Shown: positions 49,004 to 62,795, counted from the whole stretch's first letter. The stretch is DNA of 64,000 nt, filler included, from Asterionella formosa (GCA_002256025.1; 8 parts of 8 records of this genome joined end to end with filler, not necessarily neighbours in it); one strand, 5' to 3'. Notes: generated from the letters alone by a model not told the origin. Translations and numbers: made by a program.

Positions 49004-51832
49004 TGTTGTGAATAAAGGTGAACTTCAATATTATGACTATTCTATTGCTGTTTCGAGTACATCGTTGTTAGCACTCATGCATGTTCCTAATCTGGTGGCT
49101 GCGCTGGTATGCGCCAGTATGGTTTGTTCAGCGCATTTATGGAACATCATATGCAGATATTAACACACCCTCACCAGCAGATTCAGACAGAAGAATAGGA
49201 ACCGGGGTGGAGATGATAGCAGCATCGGAAGCCAAGCACGCATAATAGTTAGGCGGACTAGGGAGGGAGGGAGGGCAATGGAGATAGTGAGGGCGCATCA
49301 ATGTATGATGGGAAGCGGGATGATGTTTAGTGAAATAATTGGCACGATTCAAACTATCTTTTTTCCAGTATACAAGAAATTGGCCTTGGCGAACCCAATT
49401 GCATACCCAGTAATAACGCATATCCATAGCTTTGGAGCGTTTTTGTTGGACAGTATCATTGGCAATGCCACTGGCAGTGCTATTATCGGTGACAATACTA
49501 TGGGTAGAAGGTTGGGGATGACCAAGCTCAGCAAGAATGTTGTGAATAGCATATGCCTCTTTGTCATTGTGGAACAAAGCAACCAATTTGGCCTCAGCAG
49601 CACTTGATACAACCTCCTTAAGAATTTGACAGTGTACGTAAATAGCACCGTTTAGAGGAGGGATGGAAGTAGTGAAGCAAGACGGAGACAAGGGTTTACA
49701 GCTGAGAAAGTGAATGCCAGCAGCGCGGGAGCAACCACGCATTTCAGATAGATAGGAGGCATCACTTTCAACATGGAGGACCATGTCACTGGCAGTAAAG
49801 CGAAGTGTGGCTTCAGGATGAGTTGCACAATAATTGAGAAGGTGAGTAATAGCAGTCAAGGTAGCCACAGTGGGGTTGCTTGTTGTGTAGACAATGTACC
49901 GAGGGCCGGCAACATAGTACAGTCAATAGCACGGGCATAATACAATAAAGTACCAAGAATCTCCTGCACACATGTAAGTGGCAGATTTGTGTGAGGGCAT
50001 CTCCTGCTTATGAATGAAAAAACAGCAATTAGTAACCGTGGGGATGTCAAAATGGGGTCCCAAGCCCTGAAATAACCGACCAATTTCTAAGCTGTTGGCG
50101 GTGGCCCACAGGGGAGCAGTGCTGCAAGTCGATAATTCTTTATATCCAGCAATTTTGCCATTGTCAGGGTTGATAGCGGTGCCATGGAAACAAAAATGAG
50201 TGTGCAGGGGAGGAGCACTGGTTTGAGGAGGGGTGGAGCGAGCACAGTTGGCAAGCAAATATTGAGTGTGGGGACGGCTGGCATGTGGTGCATCACGTGG
50301 TGTGTTTTTATGGTGACGACGGCTCTTGAGCGCAGTGGTAGTTTCGTAAGTGACCGGAGGGCAAGGTGGCAGGGGACTGGGGACTGGGCAGCACAACAGG
50401 ATCGTGATAGGTGCGAGGGGGTGCTGGAATGATCTTGCGGCCACTGGCAGGAGGGGACCTAGGGGTAGGGTTACCAGCGAGGGGAGGATTAGGGGTAGGG
50501 GTAGGGTTAACAACACTCGGATTGGTAGGGTTAGGGTTAGGGTTAGGGTTAAGTACCCTCAGGGGTTAGGCAGCGCCATGGAGGGCTGGAGAGACCGGGA
50601 AAGGTGTACAGGCATCAGGATCAGGGAGAAGAGGGATGGTGGATGCTGTGGGTTTACCGCGCACCCTCAGTGATGGAATGGGGCTATGCAGGAGGGGAGC
50701 AATGGGTAGTTGGGTGAGCTCAGGCGGTGAGAGAATTTCAAGGAGCTGCTGGAAAGCAGCTTTGTGGGTTGCAGTGAGTGGGGCAACAGGAGACCAAGTG
50801 GCGGGATGTAACAAGGCATAGGTAATGTCCTGCAAACTGGTTGTGATGAGGTCATTGGAGGAATTATGGGGTAGGTGGACTTTGGTTGGAAACCACAAGA
50901 CAGCATCACAGATTCTGATGGAATGTGTGTCCCACATCCAAATGCGGTAGCATCGATAGGAATCCACAGCGGGGCCGACATACCAACCATCAAGAGCATG
51001 CAGAGCCCATGTTGTGCGGTGTCGGGGCTTGGCATGAACAAGGAAACGACATCCATTGACCTGTGCCCAAGCAGACAGTTTGGGGTTGATGCATGAGCCA
51101 CGGAGGAGATTAAGAGTAAGTTCAGCTTGAACTAATAGTTGGTCCCACAATTGGAGAGGAAAGTCTTTGTCGACACTGCATAGACCGGCAATGAAATGGT
51201 TTTGAAAGGTGCAAATTGCAAGTTCAGCGGCATTGCAATGATGAACAGCTGGCGGGACCATCTGAAAGTCAATAGCTTTGGCGTCCAAGAACTCTTTGAG
51301 GAGTGTAGAACACTCGTTGTCAAGGCATTGAAGTTTGGGACGTAGGCCAGCTTTGCACAAGCGTTGATGTAATGTTTTATATGCTGCAAGGAGGCAGGAA
51401 GCGGTTCGGTTACAAAAGGGCTGAACGAAAATGTAGTTGCTGTCATAATCATATAAAATCATAATGTAGTTGTTTCCAGTGCTGGAGGGGAGTATGAATT
51501 TTCCGGTTTGATCAGTGTATATTTGGCCTGAAGGTGCAAAAATGGACGCAAAACACATATGGGTAGAGGTTGCAAGAACCCTCAGGGTGGAAATCGGCAT
51601 CACCCAGCATGGTGGTAGGACTTTATGATAGTTCAGGCTCAATGATAGTTGGGGGCACACATGTGGACCGTAAGTTTTGATGTGTTTGATCGAGGTGACC
51701 ATTGATGGTTGCGATGGAATGAGGGGGATGTTTGTGTAGTTTAGTTAAAGTTTGACCTGGAAAATTGACAAGATAGCCATGGAGTATTGCCCGTTCCAAA
51801 GTAGAGATAACAGGAGAAAAGAGGGCCACATG
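49004..51832 (-). mobile_element. Ty1/copia (CoDi-like) LTR retrotransposon, decayed; RT core deleted, 3' LTR ~49165-49004
   Basis: Integrase GQIYTDQTGKF...YDYDSNYI...LDNE. RNase H SSAAEA...TDNSTA...RSKAMDMRYYW. PPT GGTGAGGGTG followed by TG. The RT start is joined to the RT end at ~49970. Confidence 0.9.
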
Positions 51833-53141
51833 CGTCTGTAAATAAGAAGTATCATGCATATAGGATCAAGGGTATCGTACGCTAAGTGGCACAGGATTTT
51901 CGTATATATGATAATTTTTAAATCAAAAATATGATCAAGGTATCTTGTAACTATGATGATTTATTAATATGTTACCGACCTTGAAGTATAATGATAATAA
52001 AAGCATTATCATCACACAATGTATAAAAACTGATCAACAACTTTTCTCGTCAATATCATAAACCTTCTCATATCATTTTCACTTCTCGTGATCGCCCGAG
52101 TAAATCATTAATACAACGCATCCTAAAGTCAGCTCATTTCTATGCTATCATGTGAATTGTTTCATCATATATCTATCTTAAACATCATCGTAATTCTAAT
52201 CACAAGCATTGTTCAAAATAGATTGAAATGGATCGTAATTTAACTATCAAATTTAGCAATGCTATCTATTAATCTACATACCAGCAACCCAACGTTTCTC
52301 TCTCTACTCGGCTCGATGTATATTGTTCCTGTCTCACCCTTTTCTTCCTCTTTTCTGAATCTTGTGCCAAGCTTGTGCCAAGCAATGCCTTACTAATGTT
52401 GTGTCTCTCTCCCTGCTGTTAGTGTCATTGTGAACTCGCCGGCTATTCCGTTTGATCGGTTCTATTTTCCTATGCATGCAGTTACAGTAGCAATGAGAAG
52501 GAATGATTTGTTAGCTAGTCATGTTACATTGACACAAGAACACGCAATTCCATCGTTTCCTCTTGCTTCACTTACCACAAATCAATGCAACTGAGGATGC
52601 ATAAGTCTGTAATAGTAACTTGTCAGTAAGCCAAATTCTTGAACAAGTAAGTTTCGGGTATCCAATGTTGTTGAATGAAACGTACCGGTTCATTTTTGTC
52701 ATCTTAACTTTGAGAGAAGGTCAACATTTTGTCAGTTTTGTTCCAACAGAAGTGAATAGGTCCAACGAGCGACAAGAGCACTTACGCAATTTGGTTTTGT
52801 TTTACATTGGTGCTCCCCAACAAGCGAAACAAGCTGTTGAATCAACTGAGAAAAAAGGAAATGTGCATTTAGTTAACAATTTGTTGTTGTGCTGCCTGCC
52901 TCCCAACAATTGTCATCCAATTACCACATTGATGGATTCATTACCTTAATCATTCTCCATCCTTCGAATGCGCAATGTGTCGAAGCCACAATGTCTTTCG
53001 TTATGTATTGCGTAAACTTTCTTTGCTTCTCATGTGCTTTACTACGACGTATCTTTTCATGAAGCAGCAGGCATTGTTTGTTAACATGACAGAACGATTT
53101 CAAAAATATATATGCCATGAATATAGTAATAAAATTTGTAA

Positions 53142-53182
<41 letters not shown>

Positions 53183-56100
53183 GTGTTATACATTTATAAA
53201 ATTCGAAGGCGCTCTCGATATGGAACATATGATATGGTTGAGATGATCATACTTGCATATACATAATTCGAAAATACTCAATGCACTATATGTCCATTGT
53301 TTTCCACGACTACCTGTACCGGTATTGTTTCTGAAATTTGTTTGCATCGATATTTTCTACGTCCGTTGAAACTAATTATTTAGCCCGTTCAATTGCCGCA
53401 AGGGTTTTGGTAGCAAATTGTTTAAGCCCCTTTTTTGGTTGGGAGCTCTTCATGTGTACCGGTACATCATATGACAATAACAATATATCATATATATATA
53501 CAGAGTACCAGTAGCAGGTAGTAAGTGATATACTGGGGGTAGTCGGAGTAGTAAACTAGCAACAGAACACCATATGTTCAGGACTGTTGCTACTGCAGTG
53601 GGACAGTAAATCATCATAGTTTTAGGATCGTATAATCGTAAAACTAAAAACCAATAGAACACCATATAATCAGGACTGTTGCTACTGCAGTGGGATAGTA
53701 AATCATCATAGTTTTAGGATTGTCTGATCGTGAAACTGAAAAGCTGTAGTCGGAGTAATAAGCAAGCAATAGAACACCATATGTCTATGACTTCTGCTAC
53801 TGCAGCGGGACAGTAAATGAATTTAAGATCATCGAACTTTAAGGAAGACAACTACAAGAGTTATCTAGTAGTACAATGTCTTCAAGAAACCATAAAGAGG
53901 TTCATGGAAACAAACGACCTGTGGCAAATACTGCCGGTATTGAACAAAGAAGCAAGTTCCAAAATGAGTTTACAAAGAAAAAGCGAATAGGCGATTATCC
54001 AAAGCAACCCAATCGGCGATTGGGAGATGTTGGGGGTAATACCCCATCGTCGATGGGGACACCATCAGCTACTAGTACAAAGGATCCTGTAATTGATTCT
54101 GACAGCAATGATGACGTTTCTACTTCAGTTGTTGATACAAGAAAAATGGCTCCTGTCGATGATGACATTAATAACTCCCAGATGCAGATGGACGACATGG
54201 TACCTTATCATAAATTTTCTAATCGCACGGACCAACAAGTACATGACAACCTGAGGGAAAAACATTTTGTGCTTGCCAAAGGATATTATCAATTGGTCAA
54301 TGAAATCAATCACTATAAAGGTCGTAATTCGCTCAGTTCAAAACTCACTTGTCCATACGAGGTTATCAAGACTCTTCAATTTCAGCAGCCTTATCAGAAC
54401 GTCGTTCTCGCTTAGCTAAAATTGAACCGAAATATCAATTGTAACAAAGGTTGTGAGTTTTATGTTCAAGACCAAGAATTTTTGCTATGAACATGTAAGT
54501 TTGATGTTATAGTTTCTGAATTGCAGGTACTGTAAAACAGAATATCAATCAAATGTGCTTTTTTCTGTTCCCAAAAGAGAATCAAACATCCCACCCTATC
54601 TGGTCCAAGTAGTATGAAAGGCATTTCCAATCACAAACAGGATTGGTTTGCCGAATGTTGCCTAACTCGGCTATACACAGTGAAACCGGAGTTAGGCAAA
54701 GAAGGGGAGAGTGACCCAGAGCTTGCCGATTTCATATGGAATGGTTCTGATGCACTACTTCCAATGAATCAGACCATTGAACGTACCAACAAGGCACGTT
54801 TAGATTACATCAAATCAACCTTTGGTGGCATGTGCATTAAAAAGTTGAGAGAATGTCAGAATGTATTGAATAATAATTTTAAGGAATCTTAGGTAAGTTC
54901 TTGCAGGGAGATTCTCCGAAAGCATGATGTTTTGAGTTGGGGATTATATTAACACGTTTTGTTGGTTCGCTGATCAATGCCAGTACAGAAGCATTTTGCT
55001 TCTTGGTGCTGAAAGGAATATTCCGATTACAACAAAAATATTTGGGTTTCAATCCAGATACCCATGAAATTTCAGAGAACGAAATTCGTCATTCTACCGA
55101 TTTTGTCGACATTGGTGGGAAACCACTTATTAAAAAAAGTGTGAGGGAAGAAAGTTCAGTTTCAAATGGTCTCACTGATGATCAATGGACTGATGATTTA
55201 CTCGTTTATTATAAGGAAATCTACACTGGACTTTCACAAAAGAATCGATCTGAATATGGAAGGAATCCTAGTGGAATTGCTACTCCCACCGCAAATATCA
55301 TCTACCCACACTCACACTTCTCATTTCCCAACGTAAGTGAACAGGATATACATCAATATGATGAAGCACTTAAACCAAATGTTCCTGAAAGGAATATTGA
55401 TTATAATGACCGCATTAATCAACGGGACATTGATGACGATGTTGATTTTGAATGGATCTAATAGAATCCAATGCATACTTAGTAGTTAAATAATAATTAA
55501 AGTTAGTGTGAGACTTCTACAATGCAAGCCATATCATAGATGATAGGAAAACATTGATTCTGCTCTATACTAGTATTACTATTAGTGCCGCCTGTACTAC
55601 ATGTAGCGGTATACCTCCATTTTTACTACTATGGTGGAGTGATAATTTCACGACTCTGTATTTTCCAGCACAGCATGTTCGAAGTGGCGCTCAATTTATT
55701 ATTATATATAAATTCATTTTCATTCTATCCTGTTCATATCCTGACTTGGTCATCATTTGCAATTTGCAATGTCTTTGCGCACATTGCAATGGTGTTATCT
55801 GTGTAACTACAAATTTCGGAAGAACAAATCCCCATCTGAGTCTCACAATCGAAATTGTAGCAACCGTGTTTTTTATGCATATGGTCACTATCGACATTGC
55901 ATGCAGGAACATCGAGTTCCTGGAATACATAGTGAAACTATGTATTGCGGTAGTGCATCTAATCATTCAAGGAAAGAAGTTCATGGTGGCAGTGTAACTG
56001 CTGCAGCATTTAGGGAGATTAGACAAGAAGAGATTATGTGTCCTATCCTTGAATCAAGTGACCACAATCATCCACTTCATGACGACAGCGACGATTCAGT

Positions 56101-56277
56101 TTATAACAATATTCAGTCACAACAGGACGAACAATTGAGACTAAAAACTCTCCAAGGGTTGAATTCAGAAACCATGCAATATTCAGATTTTCAAGATCGC
56201 ACCGGCTTTCTCCCTGAAAATGCAATGGAAATGCCCCTTCCTCCTCAATTTCAACTTCCAAGTAAACATTCTCTGAA
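51833..56277 (+). mobile_element. Left part of a Plavaka-like DNA transposon inserted into the copia element
   Basis: Starts CGTCTGTAAATAAGAAGTATCATG exactly where copia homology ends. Carries an accessory ORF region (53876-55461, STEAFCFLVL motif) that is also found next to the transposase at 57885-58540. Confidence 0.65.
53545..53820. repeat. ~90-115-bp tandem repeat, 3 copies
   Basis: AGAACACCATAT...GACTGTTGCTACTGCAGTGGGACAGTAAAT recurs three times. Confidence 0.8.
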
Positions 56278-56377
56278 NNNNNNNNNNNNNNNNNNNNNNN
56301 NNNNNNNNNNNNNNNNNNNNNTTAATTAATTAANNNNNNNNNNNNNNNNNNNNNNNNNNNNNNNNNNNNNNNNNNNN

Positions 56378-56786
56378 ACCCAGCCAACTAGATTTCCCAC
56401 CACCCAGCCCACAAACAAACCTACCACTGAGCCTACCACCCAACCAACTAGATTTCCTACCACCCAGCCTACAAGCAAACCTACCGCTGAGCCAACCACC
56501 CAAACAACTAGATTTCCCACGACCGAACCTACAAGCAAACCTACTGCTGAGCCCACCACCCAGCTCACAAGCGAACCTACCGCCGAGCCTACCGCTCAGC
56601 CCACAAGTGAACCTGCCGCTGAGCCTACTACTCAGCCCACAAGCGAACCTACCGCTGAGTCTACCACTCAGCAAACTTGATTTCGTACCACCCAGCCTAC
56701 AAGTAAAGCTACCGCTGAGCCTACCACTCAGCCAACTCGATTTCCTACCATCAAGCCTCCTCCTACCATACAGCCAATTATGTGAG
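56378..56786 (+). pseudogene. Pro/Thr-rich PT-repeat (mucin-like) coding fragment
   Basis: 12-bp-periodic repeat translating as TQPTRFPTTQPTNKPTTEPT..., with an in-frame TGA near 56678. Confidence 0.6.
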
Positions 56787-56997
56787 CAAACCTTAAATAT
56801 TACCGTTATTTCCTTTCTTCAGCAGTATGGCATATTAGGTAATTTTCGTTCATATCGTGTACACACTGTTCTCTCTACCAGTAGTGCTGGTAGTCAGTTT
56901 ACTTGTTCAGTATGCAAGGTGAAAACACATGGTTTACTACTGGTAAACTAAAAATATATATCACTTGGGGGTATCATGCTAAACCTTGCATAGATCA

Positions 56998-57884
56998 TGT
57001 TGGCAAATAAAAAGTATCGTACTTATAAGATCAGGTGTATTGTATGATAACTGGCACAGCATTTTTTTCGCGTGACACATTATATGTATGTATGATAAAT
57101 GCATACTATGAAAGTGAACAGGTTAAGCATACTTATAAAAATCAAAACGCCATATAATTATCAAAACATTATCCTATGATGTACATCCTTTCATCATATA
57201 TTGATCCTTACATGATGGTAACTCAAATCGAAATAGCTGTTCAAAATAGGTTGAAATGGATGGTAACTCTATTCGAAATAGCGGTTGAAATGGATTGTAA
57301 TTTAACTGTTCACTCATAAAATGATTTTTTTCGTTCTCCATTTTGATTGGTTAAACAGCCAATGTTCCCCTTTTCTCTTGTCTCAATGCTCTTGAGGCAT
57401 GCCTCCCGCCTCCCTTCAATGCTCGTGAGGATGCATGCCTCATCCCCCTGCCTCCCTTCTCAATGCTCTTGAGAATGCATGCCTCCCCCCTACCTCACTT
57501 CAATGCTCTTGATGCATGCCTCCCGCCTCCCTTACACTCTGATTCTGAAACTTGTCTGACTACTTGCTTGCTGCAAATCCCATTTCTTTCTGATCCGATT
57601 CTGAAATCGCATGCGCTATTCTGTTCCTGTTTTATCCATTTTGATTTCTTTTTCATACTATCAGCGTCTGCAAATAAAAAATATCGTACTTATAAGATCA
57701 GGGGTATCATACGATAACTGGCACAGAATATATGTATGACCACCATATAATTATCAAAACATTATCCTATGATGTATATTCTTTATCATATACATATCCT
57801 GCCTTATATGATGGTAACTCTAATCGAAATAGCTGTTAAAAATAGGTTGAAATCGTCTACAAATAAAAATTATCATGCATATAG
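56998..57884 (+). mobile_element. Three stacked left termini of the Plavaka-like family (56998, 57665, 57854)
   Basis: Repeated (C/T)GT(C/T)(T/G)(G/A)CAAATAAAAA.TATC start. Internal CAATGCTCTTGA...GCATGCCTCCC repeats at 57383-57535. Confidence 0.65.
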
Positions 57885-58539
57885 CCGATTTCATATGGAA
57901 TGGTTCTGATGCACTACTTCCAATGAATCAGACCATTGAACGTACCAACAAGGCACGTTTAGATTACATCAAATCAACATTTGGTGGCATGTGCATAAAA
58001 AGTTGAGAGAATGTCGGAATGTATTGAATAATCAATTTAAAGGAATCTTAGGTAAGTTCTTGCTGGGAGATGCTCCGAAAGCATGATGTTTTGAGTCGGT
58101 GATTATATTCTTATCAAATATGTTTCAATTTAAAAATGCTAACATAATTCATGACACACCAGCTGGTCTAACAGAATATAACTTCCAGAATATGGATATT
58201 GATCACTTTATTAGCTAGGTGGGCGTTGACGCTTTATCGTTTTGCGCAGTCAAAAGACATTGACAGGGGAAGCCATGGATACCAAGTCTGGCGTGATGTT
58301 CTTGCTCCGGTGTAGCCATTTTATAGGCAGGACAAGCCGTGGAGAACCATTTTTAGTCTAACAGGAGACAAATCTGGTGTGACCAAGTCAAATTTCAACT
58401 CAGTCTTCGGGCACAGTGTGAATTGCAAACACGTTTTGTTGGTTCGCTGATCAATGCCAGTACAGAAGCATTTTGCTTCTTGGTGCTGAAAGGAAAATTC
58501 CGATTGCAACAAAAATATTTGGGTTTCAATCCAGATACC

Positions 58540-60381
58540 CTTTTGAGGTTCTTCATCAATTACTACTTGGAATATTTAAGTACATTTTGGAATCTTTGTA
58601 CAATTATCGGACTATCCCTGAAGAATGGACATGTTTTTTTAACGAAAGAAAATCTCTAGATATTCCAGAAAACATCTCCGATCATAAACGTAACACTGAA
58701 ACAACAGACGATGCTTTTCTTGATCAAGAGCAACCGAAGAAACGAGCAAAGACCAAAAAGGACACACGCACCAGTTATCAAAGATATCTACACTGGCAAA
58801 AATCAAGACGCAACACTTGTACCATCACCAGAAATGTATTTTCGAAACTATACTTCGAACAAAGTGCTAGATATATCAATAGTCATTTGGAAAGGCAAAG
58901 CGATCGTGATATTCCAAAATTGTCATACAGATCTGGGATGACAGCTTTGTCGAAAATGTCAGGTCAAGAAATTCCCAGACTATGTCTGTTAACTGTTTTT
59001 TCAATGGGTGGAATGATGGGTTCAGAGAACATGCACCTAGAAAAGTATTTCACATTGCTGTTATGGTTATGTGTATCTATCAATGACACTTTATTCATAC
59101 CACAATATACATCAACATGTATTGATATTTTAGAGGAAAGGGTGAAGAGATTTATATCAGTTACTAAGATTATGATTGGTCCCCAACGGGAAATGATATC
59201 TCAAATTGGCTTATGAATGGCAAAATTTCATGGAATGTAACATTACCCTCATCTGATTAGGAAGTTCGCTCGGATTTCCTCTTAATTTCTTTGGTGGATA
59301 TTTGGAGTCTTTTTTGAAAGCCAAATTGAAACGACCCAGTAAGCGTGTCAATGGACAATTACATCGATTAAAGCATGACATTTTAACAAGGTCGTATGAA
59401 ACAAGGCAGTTTGCATTGGCACGAAAATTTGTTTTTGTAAGTGATTCATTACATACAGAAAACAAACAAAAGAAGATTAGTAAAGTATACATCAATGTAA
59501 CTGAGGGTATTTCAACAGAAATTGATTTCGAAGGAATGATTCCGGATACAATGATGTTGCCTAGTAGGTCGCCTGAAAATTTTGGAATATCGCCTACCAA
59601 AATCCATTCACCAGCCCTTCCTGTTAAAGTTCAATTTTCTGCTTCATCATCAAATGGTCTATGAACTATAGCAGGTGTCCCTAATAAGATTGGGCATGTA
59701 TCACGGAGTAAGGATGCACCCTTGTCTCAATTGGTTCATCCTGATTTACCGAAGGGGGCCAACTACGTAAAAAGCATTGCGAATTCAGCAATAGAAATAG
59801 CAAAAATCAAAAGTCTTGAAGATGGGATTGGGCCTGTTTCCATTGTGAGGATTGACTTTTATTATCATGTTAAAATTGAAAGTAATGTTCCCGGCCAAAC
59901 TACTATTTTCAGATGCCATCCGAAATGGAATGATGATTCAAAGGCAGGAATCTCTGGTCGTGAATGGTTTGACTGGGTCGAAGTGAACTGGGAGAAGGGA
60001 GATGGATCAAGTTTCTACAAAGTTCCTGCAAAACTACTTCTTTGGGGAAATGTTATTTTCTCCAACTCAACAACCATTCTCTAACGTGTATTCGTTCCTT
60101 GAAAAGTTCAACTGAAATGAAAATTCATAAACTCATGTTTTTTGCAAGAAGAGACACCTTATGCAATGATACAACTGAATTGAGCGTTGTTGAATTTCAT
60201 AACATACTTTTGGCAGCATTTGTTGTTCCTGCTTTGAAACCATAGGAATCAAGGAAATCTCTGAAACGCACCGCAAGAAGTTTTGGAACAGATACGGAAA
60301 GATAATTTTTATGTTGCCATTCCTCCACGTAATTTATGGAAATCAATCGGGTGGGACCAAAAACTAACAAGCGAACGTTGA
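58540..60381 (+). pseudogene. Plavaka (CMC-related) transposase, 3' two-thirds, decayed
   Basis: PFEVLHQLLLGIFKY, RQSDRDIPKLSYRSG...KMSGQE, KFH, ESFLK, CHPKW...WFDWVEVNW...PAKL. Confidence 0.7.
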
Positions 60382-62094
60382 TAAATATATAAGAATAATA
60401 TAAATGATAATGGTAACAATATATTTTCGCATACTAAATTGGTTATTATGAGGTTTTTACAAACTACAATTTCCTAAGAAATGATTATCCAATGGTCCAT
60501 TATTTGTTCTTTTTCACTCCCAAAGAACCTAAGATGGTCCTTCTCGTTTCGTCCGAAATTTTGCTTCTCCACTTTTCAACTGCAGTTCGATATGAGTCTG
60601 TAAACTTTTTCAATTTGATTCCAGAAGGGCTATCATCAGATACAAAAATTTCTTTCAACTTTTTGTCAATTTGATGCATCCAGAAATTTGGCCAAGAGGT
60701 GCATGATTATACCATTTGAAGGGAGCATTTTTTTTATTCATTTTCTGCTTTCTTGAAAGATGAATTGCAAGGAAGTCGTCCAAATACTTCGTTCAACATT
60801 TTTAAATCTAAATAGGATGTCAAGATTTTGTCGATACAAAATTGAAGAACAGTTAATTCCAACTGAAACATATCCTCACGAGAATTGTCGTTGTCACTTG
60901 AGGCCAAACTGTTCCAAGATGAAAGTATGTTGACTTGGTTGGTGAGTCAGATGTAACAGATAACAAATCGTCTGTTGCTACCACCTGACGTTTTAAAACT
61001 TTCTAGGACTCTGTCTCCAAATGGAATTGTGCCCGTTTGCCAAGAAATTTGGTTTTGCCATTCCTTTCTAATTAAAATAGAGTTTTCAACACTTTCACAA
61101 TTGTAAAAGGTCCACATGGCCCTGACCATCCACTGTCATCTTCTGGTTTAAATAACATGGAATCATGTTCTGTGGCCATAATTATCTGCAATGTTGCTTT
61201 GGTGCCAGTATAGAAAGATTCCGAGAACCCAATTTCTTCAGGTTTATGGGATTCTTGTGGAAGATATCCTGTATCGGCGTCTAACAATTCCAATTCTTTT
61301 CTGCATCAGTGGATGATGCAGTACTTACGGGCAAGGTGAAATACTTGATCATAATGTTCATCCACACTTGCATCTCTTCCTGGGTCACGGATTTGACATA
61401 ATCCATCATTTATAGCAGAAAGATAATGCACAAAATGGTTGTTTTCCTCCTCATCTGATCTTTTTCAATAAACAATTAGCACATACAATAGTTACTGACA
61501 TGATGAAGTGGATGACAATCACCTTGGTATATTTACGGTTTGTTATTACCCTTTTCTGGGTTCTCATCCAGATCAAATATAACCTTCACATCAGTTGGAT
61601 GAAGTTCATGAATTATATAATACAATATTTTCTGGCGACACGAAGAAAAATTGGTTCAGTAATATTCTCTATAATACGGTACTTTTCTCTACAATTCGCA
61701 ACATTTCCGTTCACAAATATTCTTCACTCTGACTACCGTTAATTCTGTTTGTTCGCTCCCATTTTATCTTTACTTTGATCACATTAATACCTCAAGGTTA
61801 AACAAATATAAATGCTAGTCAAACAAATAATTATGTTTAAGCAATCAACGTTTAAATTGAATTCTAGCTACAATCGCAAAATCAATCAAATTAATCGCTT
61901 CGCTATATAGTCTATATTGATACTTTCTATAGAATGTGATTCTCAAACCAATACGACAAGCGATGGATGTTCATTCTTGCAGCTGGATGCTGTAACGACT
62001 CACAAGATTGCCTGGCTACTCATACTTGCAGGAGTCCCTGTTGCTACTATTGGTCGATCAATTCATAGCAAATGAGCCGGCTGCTCATTCTCAT

Positions 62095-62795
62095 TGCTCA
62101 GATTGATTGTCTGCTGTAGAAACAAGAGGGCAACAGCATTTGCAGAGTGAGTTGATGAGATAGCAAAAGTTGCGAAGCCATGATTTCGGTTCTGTGTGCT
62201 CCTTACCATGTTCCCCAATGTCCAACCCAGCCCTCATCAAATTGATTGTCTGCAATCAGTAAACAACGGTCGCAGAGTGAGTTCATGGACGAACAATTGT
62301 TACAAAGGCATCGTTCTTGTTGTGCTTACCATGCCGCCTGATTCCCAACAAATCCCTTGCTCAACAGATTGATTGTCTGTAGAAAAAGAACAGCGTTTGC
62401 AGAGTAAGTTCGTGATCAACAATTAACAAGCACAAAATCAAGCCCTTCTTCTAATTCATTACAAATAGGCAATGCCTGCGCTAACAATTACGAACAAAGA
62501 CGAAGGAGAATAGGAGAGGAGATCCGCCCACAACAAGCAACAGCAAACAATATCAGCAGAAGGCAAGAAAACATTGCACTTGCTTACCATGTATACATTT
62601 TTCCCCTATGCACCAGAGGAATCCTTTCAACAATGCGAATAACAAATGATTGATAGCCTGCCTGACACAGGATAGCCATCCTGACACAGGCAGAGCACGA
62701 CGCATTTCATTATTCCCAAGGTTCAACCCTGCCCTGCCAAAAACAGATTGATTGTCTGTAGAAAAAGAACAAGGTTCGCAGAGTATGTTCATGAC
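62095..62795. repeat. Dispersed degenerate repeat, 4 copies (GATTGATTGTCTG...GCAGAGT.AGTT)
   Basis: Copies at ~62100, 62242, 62367 and 62746. Confidence 0.6.
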
